A stretch of DNA of 63,838 bases, filler included, from Basidiobolus ranarum (GCA_040143965.1; 17 parts of 17 records of this genome joined end to end with filler, not necessarily neighbours in it); one strand, 5' to 3'; counted from the first letter of the whole stretch, positions 23,415 to 37,556 are shown. Notes: a model not told the origin generated them from the letters alone. Made by a program: numbers and translations.

Positions 23415-24947
23415 AAGCCACTACCATCAAATACTGAAAATACTTAAACTAAATATCTCCAAATATTAAGAAAGACCAATTTCTCAAACTTATCCAATAT
23501 TACTGACACATAGGTACAAAATACTCACTAGTCATGATATCTATTTCTAACATAATCAGGAATATTTGTGAACATTAATATTATAAGCCAATAATTTGCC
23601 CTAATGTTGTCAATATATTTAGAGGTTGCACTGTGTCAGGTTTATCTAAAAGTTAATAATACTCCCGATAGTAGTTAAATAAAATTGAGTAGTACATGCG
23701 CAATTATATTGGCATAGTACTGAATAATATATAGGCGCCAGATTCAAATGGCAATAATCCGTGCTAAGAATATCATGTATATTACTCACATGTGCGTACT
23801 ACAGGAATCATTTAATAATAAGACGAAGCAGGTATCCAAGTGGCGCAACAGGATAGAAAATATCTAAAGCGAATAATATTGTTTCCAATTACATTTAAGG
23901 AAGGAGAGAGTACTAATTCGGGGGGTCGCCGTGTGGGATCTCTGATCTGTTAGAGGAGCTGTTGGCTTGTGCTGATTGCACAGAAAGGGTGAGAGGCCTG
24001 AGTTTCCGATGAATAAAGTTACCAAGAACAGCTCTCTATGACGTCATATTAACTATGGCACTGTTCTAAAATATCAGTGGAGGGATTTGCTCACCATATT
24101 TGACCCTAGTTGATTGGTGTATTCAAGTATGACTCAGATTTCAACTAGCATGCTTCTATAAAGCACAGAAAAAGCATACACGTTGGAGCTCTAATGAACT
24201 AGAAGGTTCATGGGCCATGTATCGGCGCAGTGTAATGCGATCGTGGGGGGTTTCGATTTCTAGACTCTATTCGTGATCTTGTACTCGCATCCGATCTAAA
24301 CTCCAGGATCATGATACTTGGATCGCTGCGCGATTTAGTGAAGAGTCTAGGCCCTGCAAAGGACAATTCATAGATATTTATCACATTTAGTGAGCAAGTG
24401 CGGTGATTTTAAATGTCGCTATTTCCATAAACTAATCAGGTTACGTTTAGTGCGTACACAAGTTGAGTGCTTCTTTAAGAAGAGGTAACAATTTCTGTAG
24501 AAGCGATTTCCCAAATTAGGATATGCTATCATTACCACTTTATACATTGAGATTCACTAGTATCGATCCAACCAATGCCGGATTTTTTTTCAACTCATGG
24601 AAGTTAGTGGATTTTAATCAAGTGGAAATGATTCAATATAACCTACATAGATTTCACCGACCACTTCTTTGTTACTTAGTACTTTACTTTTTGTTGACAC
24701 CTTTCCCTCCGTTTTTTTTATAGAAGAGTTTGACTTTTTCTTTTTCTCTCTATATATAATTTATATCTAACATAATTGATATTCGTAATTCCTAAGAAAC
24801 TCCTTCCCCTTATATTAGTGTAAATTAATCTATCTTTTGAGTAGAAAGCTCTAACAACCTAAATATTATCCCGCTACGACATTGACTTAGTACTATACTC
24901 CAACAGAAACGCGATTCCTTATATAGATTGAAGTCTAAATATCAACG

Positions 24948-26276
24948 ATGGCCATTGATTTCTTACGGTATGTAGAGAGTGTATTGACTTCCATAAGTCA
25001 AGGTAACTTTCCAAATGATCCCATCACACATCCTATCACCAATGATATGGAGAGTCAAGTAGAACTCGCTCTACAACAAGTTATCCAACGTCAAAGATAC
25101 CTGGAGTGTGAACTAGGAAGATATAAACATAAATATGGGGAAGAACTTTCCACCGATTTTTCTGGCTCTGTAACTGATGAAGAAACCTGTGGTTATTTAG
25201 CAGTAGAGACAAGTCAAATTGTAAAGCATAACGGTGATATACATGCTGACCTAAACCAAGCTGAGCAGGTCGCTTTCGTACCACATGTACAATATTCTAA
25301 TCTCCTTTCTACACCTTCAGAAGAAGTTTCCGAATATACTTCTTGTGCTTCTTTTACTCAAGAAAATACCCAAGATATTTCCAGTTGCATAGAGGAATGT
25401 ACTGACGTCGCTAACGCCATCTATAACGGAGATCTTTCCAAACGTGTCACTTGTGAAAATTTAACTGGTTCAAATTTGAGATTGAAATGCGCTGTTAATG
25501 GTATGGCTGAGAGATTGGAAAAGTTAACTTTTGAAGTAATTCATGTACAACACGAAATGGCTGAAATGGGAAAATTACGTATTCAAAGTGAAACTGAAGA
25601 TTGGAATGGTTCTTGGAAAGATATGATAATCAATATTAGTAGAGTTGCATCGATTCACTCGGAGCAAGTTCGTAATATTGCTGAGGTGTGTACGTCTGTG
25701 GCTCAAGGTGATTTATCAAAGAAAGTCACCGTCGACTTAAAAGGAGATACTTTATTGTTGAAGAATACTATCAATACTATGGTCGATCAATTGAATTCAT
25801 TTGCTTCAGAGGTCACTCGTGTTGCTCACGAGGTTGGTACTGAAGGTAAATTGGGAGTTCAAGCTCATGTTCCTGGTGTTGGAGGTACCTGGAAGTTGCT
25901 CACAGATAACGTTAATTCCATGGCGTCCAATCTAACCGACCAAGTAAGAGATATCGCTAATGTCAGTAAAGCTGTTGCTAGAGGTGACCTTTCCAAAAAA
26001 GTTACTGTTAATGTCAAGGGTGAAATGCATGAGCTTAAGTCGACTATAAATACTATGGTTGATCAATTGCAAACATTTGCCACTGAAGTAACTCGTGTTT
26101 CGCTTGAGGTAGGAACTGAAGGTAAACTCGGTGGTCAAGCTGTCGTCAAGGATGTTGGTGGTACTTGGAAAGATCTTACAGATAACGTCAATCTTATGGC
26201 GTCTAATCTCACAGACCAAGTGCGTGATATTGCCAATGTGAGCAAAGCCATTTCCGTTGGAGATTTATCCAAGAAG
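24948..26276 (+). CDS. NIK1: Group III hybrid histidine kinase (NIK1/OS-1 type), N-terminal poly-HAMP region, truncated by contig end
   Basis: Repeated HAMP units, e.g. [75 protein letters not shown]. Confidence 0.92.
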
Positions 26277-26376
26277 NNNNNNNNNNNNNNNNNNNNNNNN
26301 NNNNNNNNNNNNNNNNNNNNTTAATTAATTAANNNNNNNNNNNNNNNNNNNNNNNNNNNNNNNNNNNNNNNNNNNN

Positions 26377-28900
26377 ATGACAGATGTTATGTGAAGGGTT
26401 ATGGAGACTCCAGAATATACTAACCTTCCAACAAAGGGCTCTTTCCAATGTGCTGATGGGTTTTGCATTGTGTGGGCACAATAACAGCAATAAAGCACAA
26501 TTTATAGACACAGAGTAAGTACTTCTATAATTCAGACTAATTTATGTGTGTAATAATCTGCTGGTATTTCTAGGAAAGTTGCAAGACAGACTTCTTGGTG
26601 AGACAGATCAAGATATGCAGTATTATTGTTTAGGCAATGGGGCAATCTATTCAGGCAATGACACATGTTCTTGTGGCAGGACATTTGTTGACTGCAAGTT
26701 GGGGATATATTAGTTGAATTCTTTATGGAAATTAGCCAAAATCCAAGAGCATATTCTCACTGTGAATGGTAACAAGAGTCCGCTAGTTGCAAAGTGTCAG
26801 TGCTATTCAGAATTTCAGATGTTTAGCAATTTTTCCACCATTATTCTGCTGGTAAAGCATATTGATCTTGTTGAGTTATGTCTGAACAGTCAAGTATGTC
26901 TATAAGCAAAGACAAAAACAACAAGATTCTTCAATTATTTGATTCACATTATGGCTGGAATACAAAGTCAAAATATCTAAATAAAGGCATGCATATTATT
27001 CATATTCCAACAGCAGTAAACCCAGTAATTTGACATTTGAAAAATAGATTTTTGCAAATATTGCCATAAATTAGTAATATACGAGAAATAAGAGGATCAA
27101 TATTTTAACATGTATGAATACCATCAAAATACCATAAAGAGACAGCCATCATACCATCAAAATCCCTGGCAGGATACAAGCCACCAATATTGTGATGGCT
27201 CTCTGATGGTTTTGCAATTTAGAAGGGTAGATCTGATCCAGATCAAATCAATTTTATATGTTAGGGGTATGAGAATGTTGTTGAATAATGAGTGCATAGT
27301 GCCTAATGGGAAGCTCTGGCTCCAGCCAAACCCCTTTAGCAATATAATCTTGGGCTTACAGCTAATATTAAGTTTGATGTTAGATGGACTATTTGGTGAA
27401 TTGATATCAGTTAGCATGTTGCAATCTGACCGGACTTTTGATGTTAAAATCATGGATATTAGTGCTGTATATGGATACTAGTAATGTGTATGCATAGTAG
27501 TGTCAACTGATGAAAGTGTTTTGGGCAGGATTTGGATCTGTAAATTAGAGACTTAAACTTTATTGATTTGAATATGTTCTATTTATAGTTTACTATGAAA
27601 TCAAACTATTGAATATGCTTAGATCATAACAAACATGCCTGTTAAGCATGGGAAAAATATGAGGTGATTTGGAGAAGTTTTGAGAAAAAGTGATCTAATT
27701 GATATTTCTATCAATCTGAGTAATGAAAACTCATTTTTGAATGGCATAATTGAGTGCCAATTAATCAGAATATGAATAAACAAACTACTAAATAATGTGT
27801 TGCTATTTACCTAACTTCAACATAAACTCCAATGCTGTGACAAAATAAGATCAAGATAGTGCATTGTGCCCACAAAACCCTCCAAGATTACTGATGGCAT
27901 GATTGTTATCAACACATACAAGATATTAGCTTTAATAAATTATTGACCCATCCAATTTTCATTAGATGATGCATCAATTCCGCAATCAAAGGTTCCAAGA
28001 AGCTATCTCTAAACACTGGTGATTTAGGTCCAGATATGATGGATAGTATCTAAATATTACAATGTTCTTACTGTTCAGAAAGAGAAAGATTCAAGTAAAT
28101 TTAAAATATTGGCCAGGAAGCCTTTCCAATGGAATATTTGTTTTGGGAGAAACCATCTAGAGCCAATGCCAATGAATGATTGTATGTGTTCTCAAAGAAG
28201 CCTTGACTTTTGAATTTCTGGTAGTGATATCCATCAAGTATATTGCTAATACTATTAGCTTTATGGTGAGTACTTTTGTATTGGATCAATTATCTATATT
28301 TGGGTGATTTCATCAAGACTTCAAGACAGGGAATCCATAGTATGTAAGCCAAATCAGAGTATTATTTACCTGATTCAGTAATTGCTAATTGTGTACATAC
28401 AATAAATGACTTCAGGTCTTTCAGATTGCTAGTGAAAGCCAAACACCCATTTGGACACGAAGGTAGTTCAATTACTGAAGGATTATAGGGCAAGCAATTG
28501 GCAAGTGTTTTCCACTTGCACCAGGTCTGTGGCAAGCAACATTTGCCAATCAACTTTGGTCAAAGTGTAAGAAACAAATACTCACATATTTACTAAGACT
28601 GGATTGAACTCTCCACTTGGTATTTATCAAAGCTGCTTCCTTTACTGCAAGTATTTTATGTGCACAAATAGACTTGTTTGATTGGACCAGGTCTGATTGT
28701 GCTGCTCAATCCAGCCTGCTATCTCACCATTTGGTGCAATCTGTCAATTACCATGGCTAGATCCTATAACACTTTATCAGATACTATAAGCAACAATATG
28801 GCACTATCTCACCATAATCAAAAACAATGCTTTTTTTGGAGATATTGTGCCCGCCCATACAAAGTTACCCAAGCTAGTTTTGCCAAATTTAGATTTTGGT
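26377..28900. mobile_element. Rearranged CACTA-like transposase remnants (26377-27260 plus orientation, 27270-28650 minus)
   Basis: Contains LALDGFSQNKYSIGKASWPI, CPNGCLAF and MHSLFNNI. Homologous to 8264-10760 and 52682-56100. Confidence 0.78.
27508..27822 (-). repeat. Solo LTR family A inserted in the transposase, TSD TCAAC/TAAAC
   Basis: TGATGAAAG...CTTCAACA. The empty site in the sister copy at ~54657 reads TAGAGTAAACTCCA. Confidence 0.82.
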
Positions 28901-30137
28901 TAACCAACAATACCAGTTCATCCCCTAGTTTGTAACTTAACAATAACTGAATGTGTAAGCTTTTTATTAACATACATTTTTCATTTCATTGTAGTGAAAT
29001 TGCTTGTATCAATAGGCTAGCATTGATTTTTTTCATATATGATTATTTCATGATATTGGTGTTTCCTAACAACAGAAGCAATTGTAATCCAACTAGCAAT
29101 ATATGCTATATTGAACTGCAATCCATATTGATTTTGTATGATATGCTAAGCAGTAAAGATAGGATAGCATATGTATTAACAAGAGTGTTCAGCAGTTGCT
29201 CAGGTTTGAAGTGATGCATGCTGATTTACTTCTGTTATTTTTGTTGTCTCCTTGATATTTCCATGGAAGTAACTTTGCTGGAAACTCTATGCTGAATTGG
29301 TTGGTTTGATCCTACTGAAATTCCCCTACCTTAGCCAGCATGAGTTGTGGCTTGAGGTTGATGTACTGTGGTATGTGTTGGCTCATATAGTCTAGTTTGT
29401 GGTTTGTTCTACAGTCTCTTCTTCAGATGTGGAGCCTTTACTTTAAACTGCTGGTACGCAGCTCTACACACTGATCAGGAATGTCTCACTTGAGATTCAT
29501 GCTTGACAGTTATTGATTCTTCAACCTTGGTGGAAGCTTCATCTCTTTTGACTGGCTGTGGCTGTGGTTACATGATAGTACGTGTTGGAGCAAGTCATCT
29601 ACCATGAGGTTTGTGTTTGGCAGTTCTTGCCTCTTCAACCATGGTAGAGGCCCCTGACAAAAATAAAATTGATTTGATCCAGATCAGATCCACCCTCCAA
29701 AAGAGCAAAACCATCAGAGAATGGTCACAATATTGGTGGCTTGCATTCTGCCAGGGATTTTGATGGTATGATGTTGGTTTCTTGATAGCATTTTGATGGT
29801 AATCATACATGTTAAATTATTGATCCTCAAATTTGGCATGTGTTATTCAATATCTGGCAATTTTTCGAAAATATAATTTTCAAATGGCAGATTACTGGGT
29901 TTACTGCTGTGGGAATTTGAATTAACATGCATGCCTTTATTTAGATATTTTAGGCTTTGTATTCCAGCCATAATGAGAATCAAAAAATACAAGAATCTTG
30001 TTGTGTTTAGTCTCTACATATGCACACATTTGACTGANNNNNNNNNNNNNNNNNNNNNNNNNNNNNNNNNNNNNNNNNNNNTTAATTAATTAANNNNNNN
30101 NNNNNNNNNNNNNNNNNNNNNNNNNNNNNNNNNNNNN

Positions 30138-31420
30138 TTTGCCAATCTCAAAAGAACTATATCTTTTTCTTCAGACTTCAAGCTAGAGAAACCACCAGAG
30201 TTTTATTGACCCTTGTAGTATTGAGTATCTTTTGATTGTTCTACTATCAGAAATAATCTTTGATTTGAGCCAATGATTGAAAAACCAAAAACCAGGGGTT
30301 ACTTCAAAGGTTCTTGACTAATTTCATGTGGCTTATCCTGGGTTTCTGCAAGCAAATGGCAATTGGGCCAGTGTGGGCCTAGTCATGAAATATCTCAAAA
30401 TTGTACTCATTTATTGACTTGGAAAAGAAAAAAACCAGATGAAGAAGTACTCAAGGAGCAGGAAGTTAGCAAACCCAAGGGAAAAGCAAAGGAGCCAGTG
30501 AGTTTAGGCTCCATTGTGCCACTTGCCACATTCTTCACACCATTGCAAAGATCTGCACTTCCAGAGTCAGGTATACTTGCAAACAAGCTTAATTTCACCA
30601 TGGAACCAGGTACACCAGTTGGAAGAGTGCTAAACTTGGAAGTTTATTGAACACCTGGCACCTCTCAGCCAGCCAAAACCCCAGTAAATAAAACTCATGG
30701 CTCTCCAACATCAACTGGTACATTTCAAAGTTTTGATATCAGGCCCAAACTTAAGGCAAGCAAAAAGGTGCACAAACACTGCAAAGCAACCTCAGTAGTG
30801 TGACACTACAAGGACATATAAAAAAGTCAAAGTGCTTGAGGGGTAATTTCAAAAGCATGAAGGGAAAAATGCAGTGCATGTATGCAGAAAGTGGTTTCAG
30901 AAGAAGAACATTCCACTTGACATTGAGTCTGGTTTTCATATTGCAGATATCTGTGAAGAACTTAATGAAGAGTGGCACAAGATCACAGGGTATCCACCAG
31001 ATAGCTGGAAGAATGTTAATTTAGCAACATTAGCACAATGGTGAACTTTGTTGGAGATAATGATACAAACTTGTGTTGCATATGAGCTAAACCTCTGGTA
31101 TGAAGAACTCTGTAAAACTATTCAGGAGAATATATCAACTAAACAAGGGATTTCAAAAGTGACAAATTATTATTCAAGTGGCAAATGTGTAAAATTTGAA
31201 TTACATTTTTTGCACATGTGTTGATCTATAGTTCTCTGAGATTGTAGCCAATCATGTGCAACTATTTTGCAAGATCTTGAAATTTCACACCTGAAACTGA
31301 AAAAAGTGAGCAAAATCAAATCTAACTTGACAATTTTATGAAGGTAAGTAATAAGTCAATCCAAAATGGATTAAATTGTGATTGTTTCCCTATGATAACA
31401 ATCCTCTAACTTCTGTTAGG
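30138..31420 (+). repeat. Degenerate CACTA-associated ORF2 copy
   Basis: Colinear with the reverse complement of 2100-3300. Confidence 0.65.
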
Positions 31421-31444
31421 GATCAGTGACAAATGATGTTAAGG

Positions 31445-31800
31445 TTTGTGGAACCAAAGACTCGGAGACTATTATTTTGTTCCATTGCATGCAGTATTTC
31501 CCAATACAGTCCATATCAGAAGTATTCTTGACATATTTCCTGCAAGAATCAATAGGCACCAAAGCAACCAAAAGCTATTCTAATCTGGCAAATACAAAGC
31601 TAACTGTGTAAAATTCCAAGCTTTGATACATTTGGATGGAAACATATTTATTTTAGTGGGCTGCATCTGGGGAGACCCCATGGTAAAAGGCTTTGGGTTG
31701 ACAAGCATGCACCATTTGTAAGATATGAGAAGACTATGGCTGATTTCACATATGTTGGAGAAAAATGCAGAAAGCTAGGAGGTGGTACAGCTAACCAGAG
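31445..31800 (+). mobile_element. PIF/Harbinger-like (DDE_Tnp_4) transposase remnant
   Basis: Manual translation gives ILDIFPARINRHQSNQKLF*SGKYKANCVKFQALIHLDG...SGLHLGRPHGKRLW...MADFTYVG, which matches the DDE_Tnp_4 layout. Confidence 0.65.
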
Positions 31801-32299
31801 GCCTAGAGGAGGGACACTTTTGGAGATGCAAAAGTTTTATAATAATATTCTTCCCATTTTAGAGCAAGAGGAATACATAGATTTGGTTTCCTAAGGAGAT
31901 ATTGCATTGTAGCAGGAAAGTATAGAGGATAATAATTTTGTGGGCATGAATCAAAGTAAGGCAAGTAGTTAAGATCTTGATTAATTCTTAACACACTCAT
32001 ACTAAAAGATATTAATTGAGAGCTCTATACTTGAGACAATATGTATAAAGCTTTCATCATCTTTTGAATGTGCAACAAAGTCTAAAAGCAATTTTTCTAA
32101 ATATACCACTTAAGTAAAACTACTGTTTCTGAAATGGTAAATAATATTGGGTGGGATGGTACCCAATCTTGCCAATTTGTGCTGGCACACCTGCTAGTCA
32201 GCCTGATCTGGCTGAATTAAATGGAACTACCAAAAAGGATATCAACTTTCACATTTTAACTGATAATATAAAAAGATCCTGCTTTTAATTGAAACCAAT

Positions 32300-32831
32300 T
32301 GTCATGATTTTGATCTTGGCATACTCATTCACCACAAATGGAATTTTTCTAATATTAGATTTTAACATCATATCTGCAGTGCCATCCTTACTTAGCAATC
32401 TTGTACTAGTTCATCCAGGTTACCTTATATGGACAACATGTTTGTTGGAATATTCTATGAATTGTAACCAACCATATCATCCTGCAGATAATATTTCCAC
32501 CAAGACCTTCCATGGAAGGTTACCGGACCCTCTTTGCAGCATCCCCTGTTGTATTGGTTGTTGTAGTCCCCAACACCCCTACACTTAAACTTGCCACAAT
32601 ATATTCCCTATTTAGTAAATTTTATTTCACCCTTTAACTTTTGTATAAGCTCCATGTTTTCCTTGATCACACCTCAGTCTGTTCAATACTACTTAACAAT
32701 AAAGACTCTTGCCAAGTATCTTCCCCATCCACTCTTGTCTTCTCTTCCCTTGTGGTCCACCCTTGAGTAGTCTCCTGCCTTCTAGCCTCTTGTCTCTGTT
32801 TCCAGTCCTTGTCCAATTCCTTTGTGTGACA
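32300..32831 (-). repeat. Solo LTR family C (532 bp), TSD CCAAT/TCAAT
   Basis: TGTCA...TGACA termini. It is the reverse-complement homologue of 35688-36223. Confidence 0.82.
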
Positions 32832-33899
32832 TCAATAAAGTCTAACATCATAGATATTTATGGTGGTTACATAATATGCCAAACAGACTCTTCCTGATTT
32901 ACAACTTACTTTGATACAGGAAACCACCACTTCAAAAATTTTGCATGCATAGTCAAATGAAGGCATAGGTGGCTCAAAGCAGCACACACTTAATAATTTT
33001 AAAGATGCCCAGCTATCCTTTGTGAATTCTTGCTTGGATATATGAGAGTTATTGATAAGCTTGACAGAAGCTGGGGAAGGGGGCATTTGACAAAAGTGGA
33101 AGCAACTTTCAACTCTGCTTTGTAGAGAATACTTTATCTTCATGCCTTCAGAAGTCTGCAACAAATTATTCAATAAAACTCTAGAGTTTGGAAAGTGTAC
33201 ATGGAGAAATAGAAATGTTGATTTTGAATTCACAAAGTTACAATTCCAAATGTGTTTTTGCCTGTATGAACCAGAAGTGATCATGGCAGCCTCAATGTTG
33301 GAGACAAAAGATCTTCTAAATAGACATCTACAACTGCACAATGAGACTTTGCAGCAACTATTTATGGAGGTTGTAGAGCTCAAAGCAACAGTTCAGGACA
33401 TTATGAAAAGAGTTATTCCCAGAGGTGTAAAGAGAAATATTAGATAATTTTTTGAATGAGAAGATTTTCCATATGGCAATTTGGAACAGACCATATGGAT
33501 GCACAAACATACTAGAGTACTCCTAATCAAGGAAACTCTGGACAAGATATCCATCTTACCAAATGAATCTACACATCTCACCACTAGAAATGAGATACTA
33601 CCTCTGAGAAGGGCAAGAGCCAAGTAGATTGGTTTACCATTTAGTGGTGCACATTGATGGCAATGCTAGCTTGGTTGAGACCATGATGTTTCACCTGCTT
33701 TCAACAAAGAACAATAAGTCAATCATTAACTACCGAGAGGATAGCCCCCTTATTACACGTCATTGCATTTGATTTACCTCATTGAACAAAACATACCNNN
33801 NNNNNNNNNNNNNNNNNNNNNNNNNNNNNNNNNNNNNNNNNTTAATTAATTAANNNNNNNNNNNNNNNNNNNNNNNNNNNNNNNNNNNNNNNNNNNNCT

Positions 33900-34004
33900 A
33901 ACGAGCTCAACACTTGTTATCGTACTGCCGCCATTACCAATGCCATTCGTAAGATTGCCATTGTCCAAGAAGGCTCTGGTAGTTTGTTCACCAAAAGCGG
34001 TTAA
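33900..34004 (+). CDS. C-terminus of a glutamate dehydrogenase resembling the animal GLUD1 type (3' fragment)
   Basis: NELNTCYRTAAITNAIRKIAIVQEGSGSLFTKSG* resembles the GLUD1 end [25 protein letters not shown]. Codon usage is gene-like, and AATAAA follows in the 3' UTR. Confidence 0.6.
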   Translation, partial: NELNTCYRTAAITNAIRKIAIVQEGSGSLFTKSG

Positions 34005-35329
34005 TTCTAAATCGCACGTAATTCATTAATTTATTCATCATCATGTAAAGGACCTAATTGCATTCATATCTAGCATCATAATAAATCACTAGATAACATA
34101 CAAATAAGAGCGTTGATAATGTAGCCGAGAAGGCGATTAATAATTAATTGTATTAGTATGATTGTTTGATTCTTGATATGCCACCCCTTAGTTGAGAACT
34201 TTAATTTAGGATAGTGACAAGAATTCATTAACTTTTACATTGCCTTCCTTACATCATGGTGGCTTAGAATGAGTGTATGTGCCGAAGTAGACTATAACCA
34301 GATTCAGATTTCGTTTTGGTTTTCTGCGCATACAAATTACAATTTGTTTAACTATGAGCGAACCAGATTTGTATTGGGACTCATATAGAGGATTTGTAAA
34401 CTGGTGCTTATTTTTGCAATATAAGGGCTCTCCTGGATATTTCATTAATCAGCAGTTGAACAATGTTGCAGGTATCATTATAGAAGGAGATTGATTTAGA
34501 ATGCTTCTTAAAATTTATCCAGGTTACCTATGCTCAAAAATCTACATGAAGTTGTGTTGATAAGCTTGTAACTGATAGATCCATTTTCAGCTTATTTGCA
34601 ATATTTATCATGAATATGAACACGTTAAGGAGTCAATCAGGTATGGTATATCGCAATTTACACAAAGGGTTAAGTTTATGCTGGAGATCAAATAAATCTT
34701 TCTATAAAAACCAAAGCCATGTTGGTGCTTTACATTCAAGTATAGGAGAATTTTGTTCAAAACTGGTGGTATTGAATTAAACATCACATTGCCAGAGAAA
34801 TTACTCAGAGTACTCATCTGCAGTTAGAGTAGTATCTAAGGGAGAAAATGGATTCAGTCACTTTACATAACTCTATGCTGAGATATAGGTATGCAAATCA
34901 GGAATAAATTTAAGATCTAGATATAGGTGTTTGGAACCTGATTTTGAAAAATCAGACATCCTAAGCAGAAATTGGACTTCCAATTTCCAAGTTGAGGTGA
35001 CATAAAAGTGCAATGTGAACTTGTCCCACTAAACCTTTGTCACTCTTCTTGTCACCAAGTATTAATTGACCATTGGGGCAATACATATCCAAAATTTATT
35101 ATCCCCAGAAGAGCTGCATCTCAACCATCCTTGCATACTGTAACACTATATGTCTCATGGGGTTGCTAATTGCCCAGGACCTTGATTGAGGTAGTTGCAT
35201 TGGGGAGTTAGGTGACATTGAAAGCCCAGCTTGGAGCTTATTGCAGCTTTATGAATCAGAAAACTGAACTCTAATTTGTCATGTCATAGTTGCAATTAAC
35301 ACAGCCCAAGCATAATTATAGTCATATAT

Positions 35330-36750
35330 TGTCAAAATTTGCATTAACACAACACCAAATTAGTTGAATATGGCTTAGTATTTAGTTAGTGCATCCTTTA
35401 CGAAGATACTACCCACTATTTACATGAGAAACTTACTTGAATTAATTTTATTAATTTGCAAATTCTTGTTTGTGTAAATTTTTGAAACTTTGGCTAGATG
35501 TGCCAAATTTGGCACACATGTTCCTGAGACCTTGCCTAATACACTCTACATGTTTGTTTGCTTGCATCTAGACAAAACTATCCATGTCTAGCTTCATTGC
35601 AAAACATCAATGTGTGAAATCCAATTATTCATCCAGTTCTATAAGCCACTTCCAACAGACTCACAAAATACCTTTACAGGCTATGAGTGTCACAATAAGG
35701 AACTGGATAAGGACTGGAAACAACAACAAGAGGCTAGAAGGCAGGAGAGTACTTGGGTGTAGACCACAAGACAAGACTGGACAGGGAAGATACTTTGGCA
35801 AGAATCTTTATTGATAACTGGCATTGATCAGACTGAGATCTAATCAAGGAATACATGGAGCTTATATAGATATTGCAGGGTGAAACATAATATACTGAAT
35901 AGGGAATATATTGTGGCAAGTTCAAGTGTTGGGGTGTTGGGGACTACAAGGACCAATATAAAGAGGGATGATGCTAGGATGATGTAAGGATGATTAGGTG
36001 ATCTTCATTGGAAGGTCTTGTTGGAAATACACTATGTGTGGGATGACATGATTGGTTAGGTTTAATGGAATGTTCCAAAGAACATGACTTCCATATAAGG
36101 TAACCTGGATGAACTAACACAAGATTGCCAAGAAAGGATGGCACAGCAGATATGATGTCATAATCTAATATTAGAAGAGTTCTATTTGCAGTGGATGAGT
36201 ATGCCAAGATCAGAATCATGACAATGAGCCCCAATCTTGAACACTCTATCATATTTACTTCTCAAACCTGTGGAATTTTCTCTTGTCTGAAAAACTCAAT
36301 GGAGCTGATCATCAAGTTTATAAAATAAAAATGAAAATGAAGCAGCATGGAAAAGGATGTTATGATACTATGTAGGAGAAGGGAGCAATGCCAAGCTGCC
36401 TGAAACCAAAGCTTCACTCCAGGTTATAAAACAAAAAAGTTCCCTAAATCAACTTTGTCTTCATATTGAAGGCAAATTGCAAATTGAATATTCAGGAGCC
36501 AAAGTGGCCAAAAGTGAATGGAAGGACATGGAAAGCATCTACCAGGCATGCTGTGCTGATGACAGGTAATTTGTAAGAAGTCAGTAAAGCATGAAATAAC
36601 AGAATCACTACTCTAGTGGATGAAGTTGAATGCATTGAAATGCTTACTACTGGTTAGCATTTAAAAGTCACAATCCTGAATAGCCTACCTAATGAGTTTC
36701 AAAACCTGGGAGTAGCTCTAGAATGCTGACCTGAATTTCAGAAAACTGCT
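35330..36750 (+). mobile_element. Copia (LTR-B 35330-35678 plus gag remnant) with solo LTR-C (35688-36223) inserted in its PBS, TSD ATGAG
   Basis: Junction reads ...CTTTACA|GGCTATGAG[TGTCAC...ATGACA]ATGAGCCCC. Downstream gag remnants are EKLNGADHQVYKIKMK and ILNSLPNEF. Confidence 0.85.
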
Positions 36751-37443
36751 GGCCTAGTCAAGACACTCAAGTGAGATGATGGCAGGCTCACAAATCAACC
36801 CTGACTCTGATGCAGGCTTGCTGCCTGCTCTGCATGCCTAAAGCATGTCACATTCATTGCAGCTTCTGACTGGTAAGATGACATTAATTACACTGTTATT
36901 TGGATAGTAACAATGCACATTTTATGCTAATTTTACTCCTGGAATATGACAAAATTGATAGCCTAGCTTTGAACTGTATCCTTGCAATCCCCCAATTTTG
37001 CTCTTTTCTTGGGTATCTGGTGAATGACCAATCTTGATTCAACATCTTAGTTAACTTTGGTTATGATGCATATATCAGAAGCAGAAAGCAATGTATATAT
37101 GGTCCCTATACACTATTAAGGGATATCCCTATATCTATATAACTGGTGTGTCTAAATGCCCCAACTTGTCTACTATATCTTGTTAGCCTAACTCCTGAAT
37201 ATCCTAACAAAAAGAAAATCAATATGATCCAGATCAGATCCACCCTCCTGGATTGCAAAGCTGTCAGAGAGCTGTCATAATATTAGTGGCTTGCATAGTG
37301 CCAGAGATTGTGATGGTGAGACAGCAGCTTCTTGATTGTACTCTGATGGTTATCATAAATTGTAAAATATTGAACCTCATATTTGGCCTGCAATATTTCA
37401 TTTCCAACAATGTTTTCAAAAAATCTTGTTGTGTTTAGTCACT

Positions 37444-37556
37444 ACCCGGAGAGCATGCCTGTTTGAGTATCAGTTAACCATTCTCAAGCTACATAATTCT
37501 TAGGAAGAGTGTAGCATGGAACTGAGTGTTCCCGGTATGAGTGCTTCGGCGCTGCA
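37444..37556 (+). rRNA. 3' end of 5.8S rRNA (~37444-37472) plus start of ITS2
   Basis: CCGGAGAGCATGCCTGTTTGAGTATCA matches the conserved fungal 5.8S 3' end. ITS2-like hairpins follow: GCTACA...TGTAGC and AGTGC-TTCG-GCGCT. Confidence 0.85.

Noticed and set aside
25932-26219. Antisense ORFs within the kinase, MDR, acyltransferase and PRM1 genes
   Set aside because: Shadow ORFs of strongly supported genes on the other strand or frame.
31803-33650. ORFs 32832-33383 (-) and 33142-33447 (+)
   Set aside because: They lie in CpG-depleted, stop-ridden repeat-like DNA interrupted by LTR-C. No family could be recognised.
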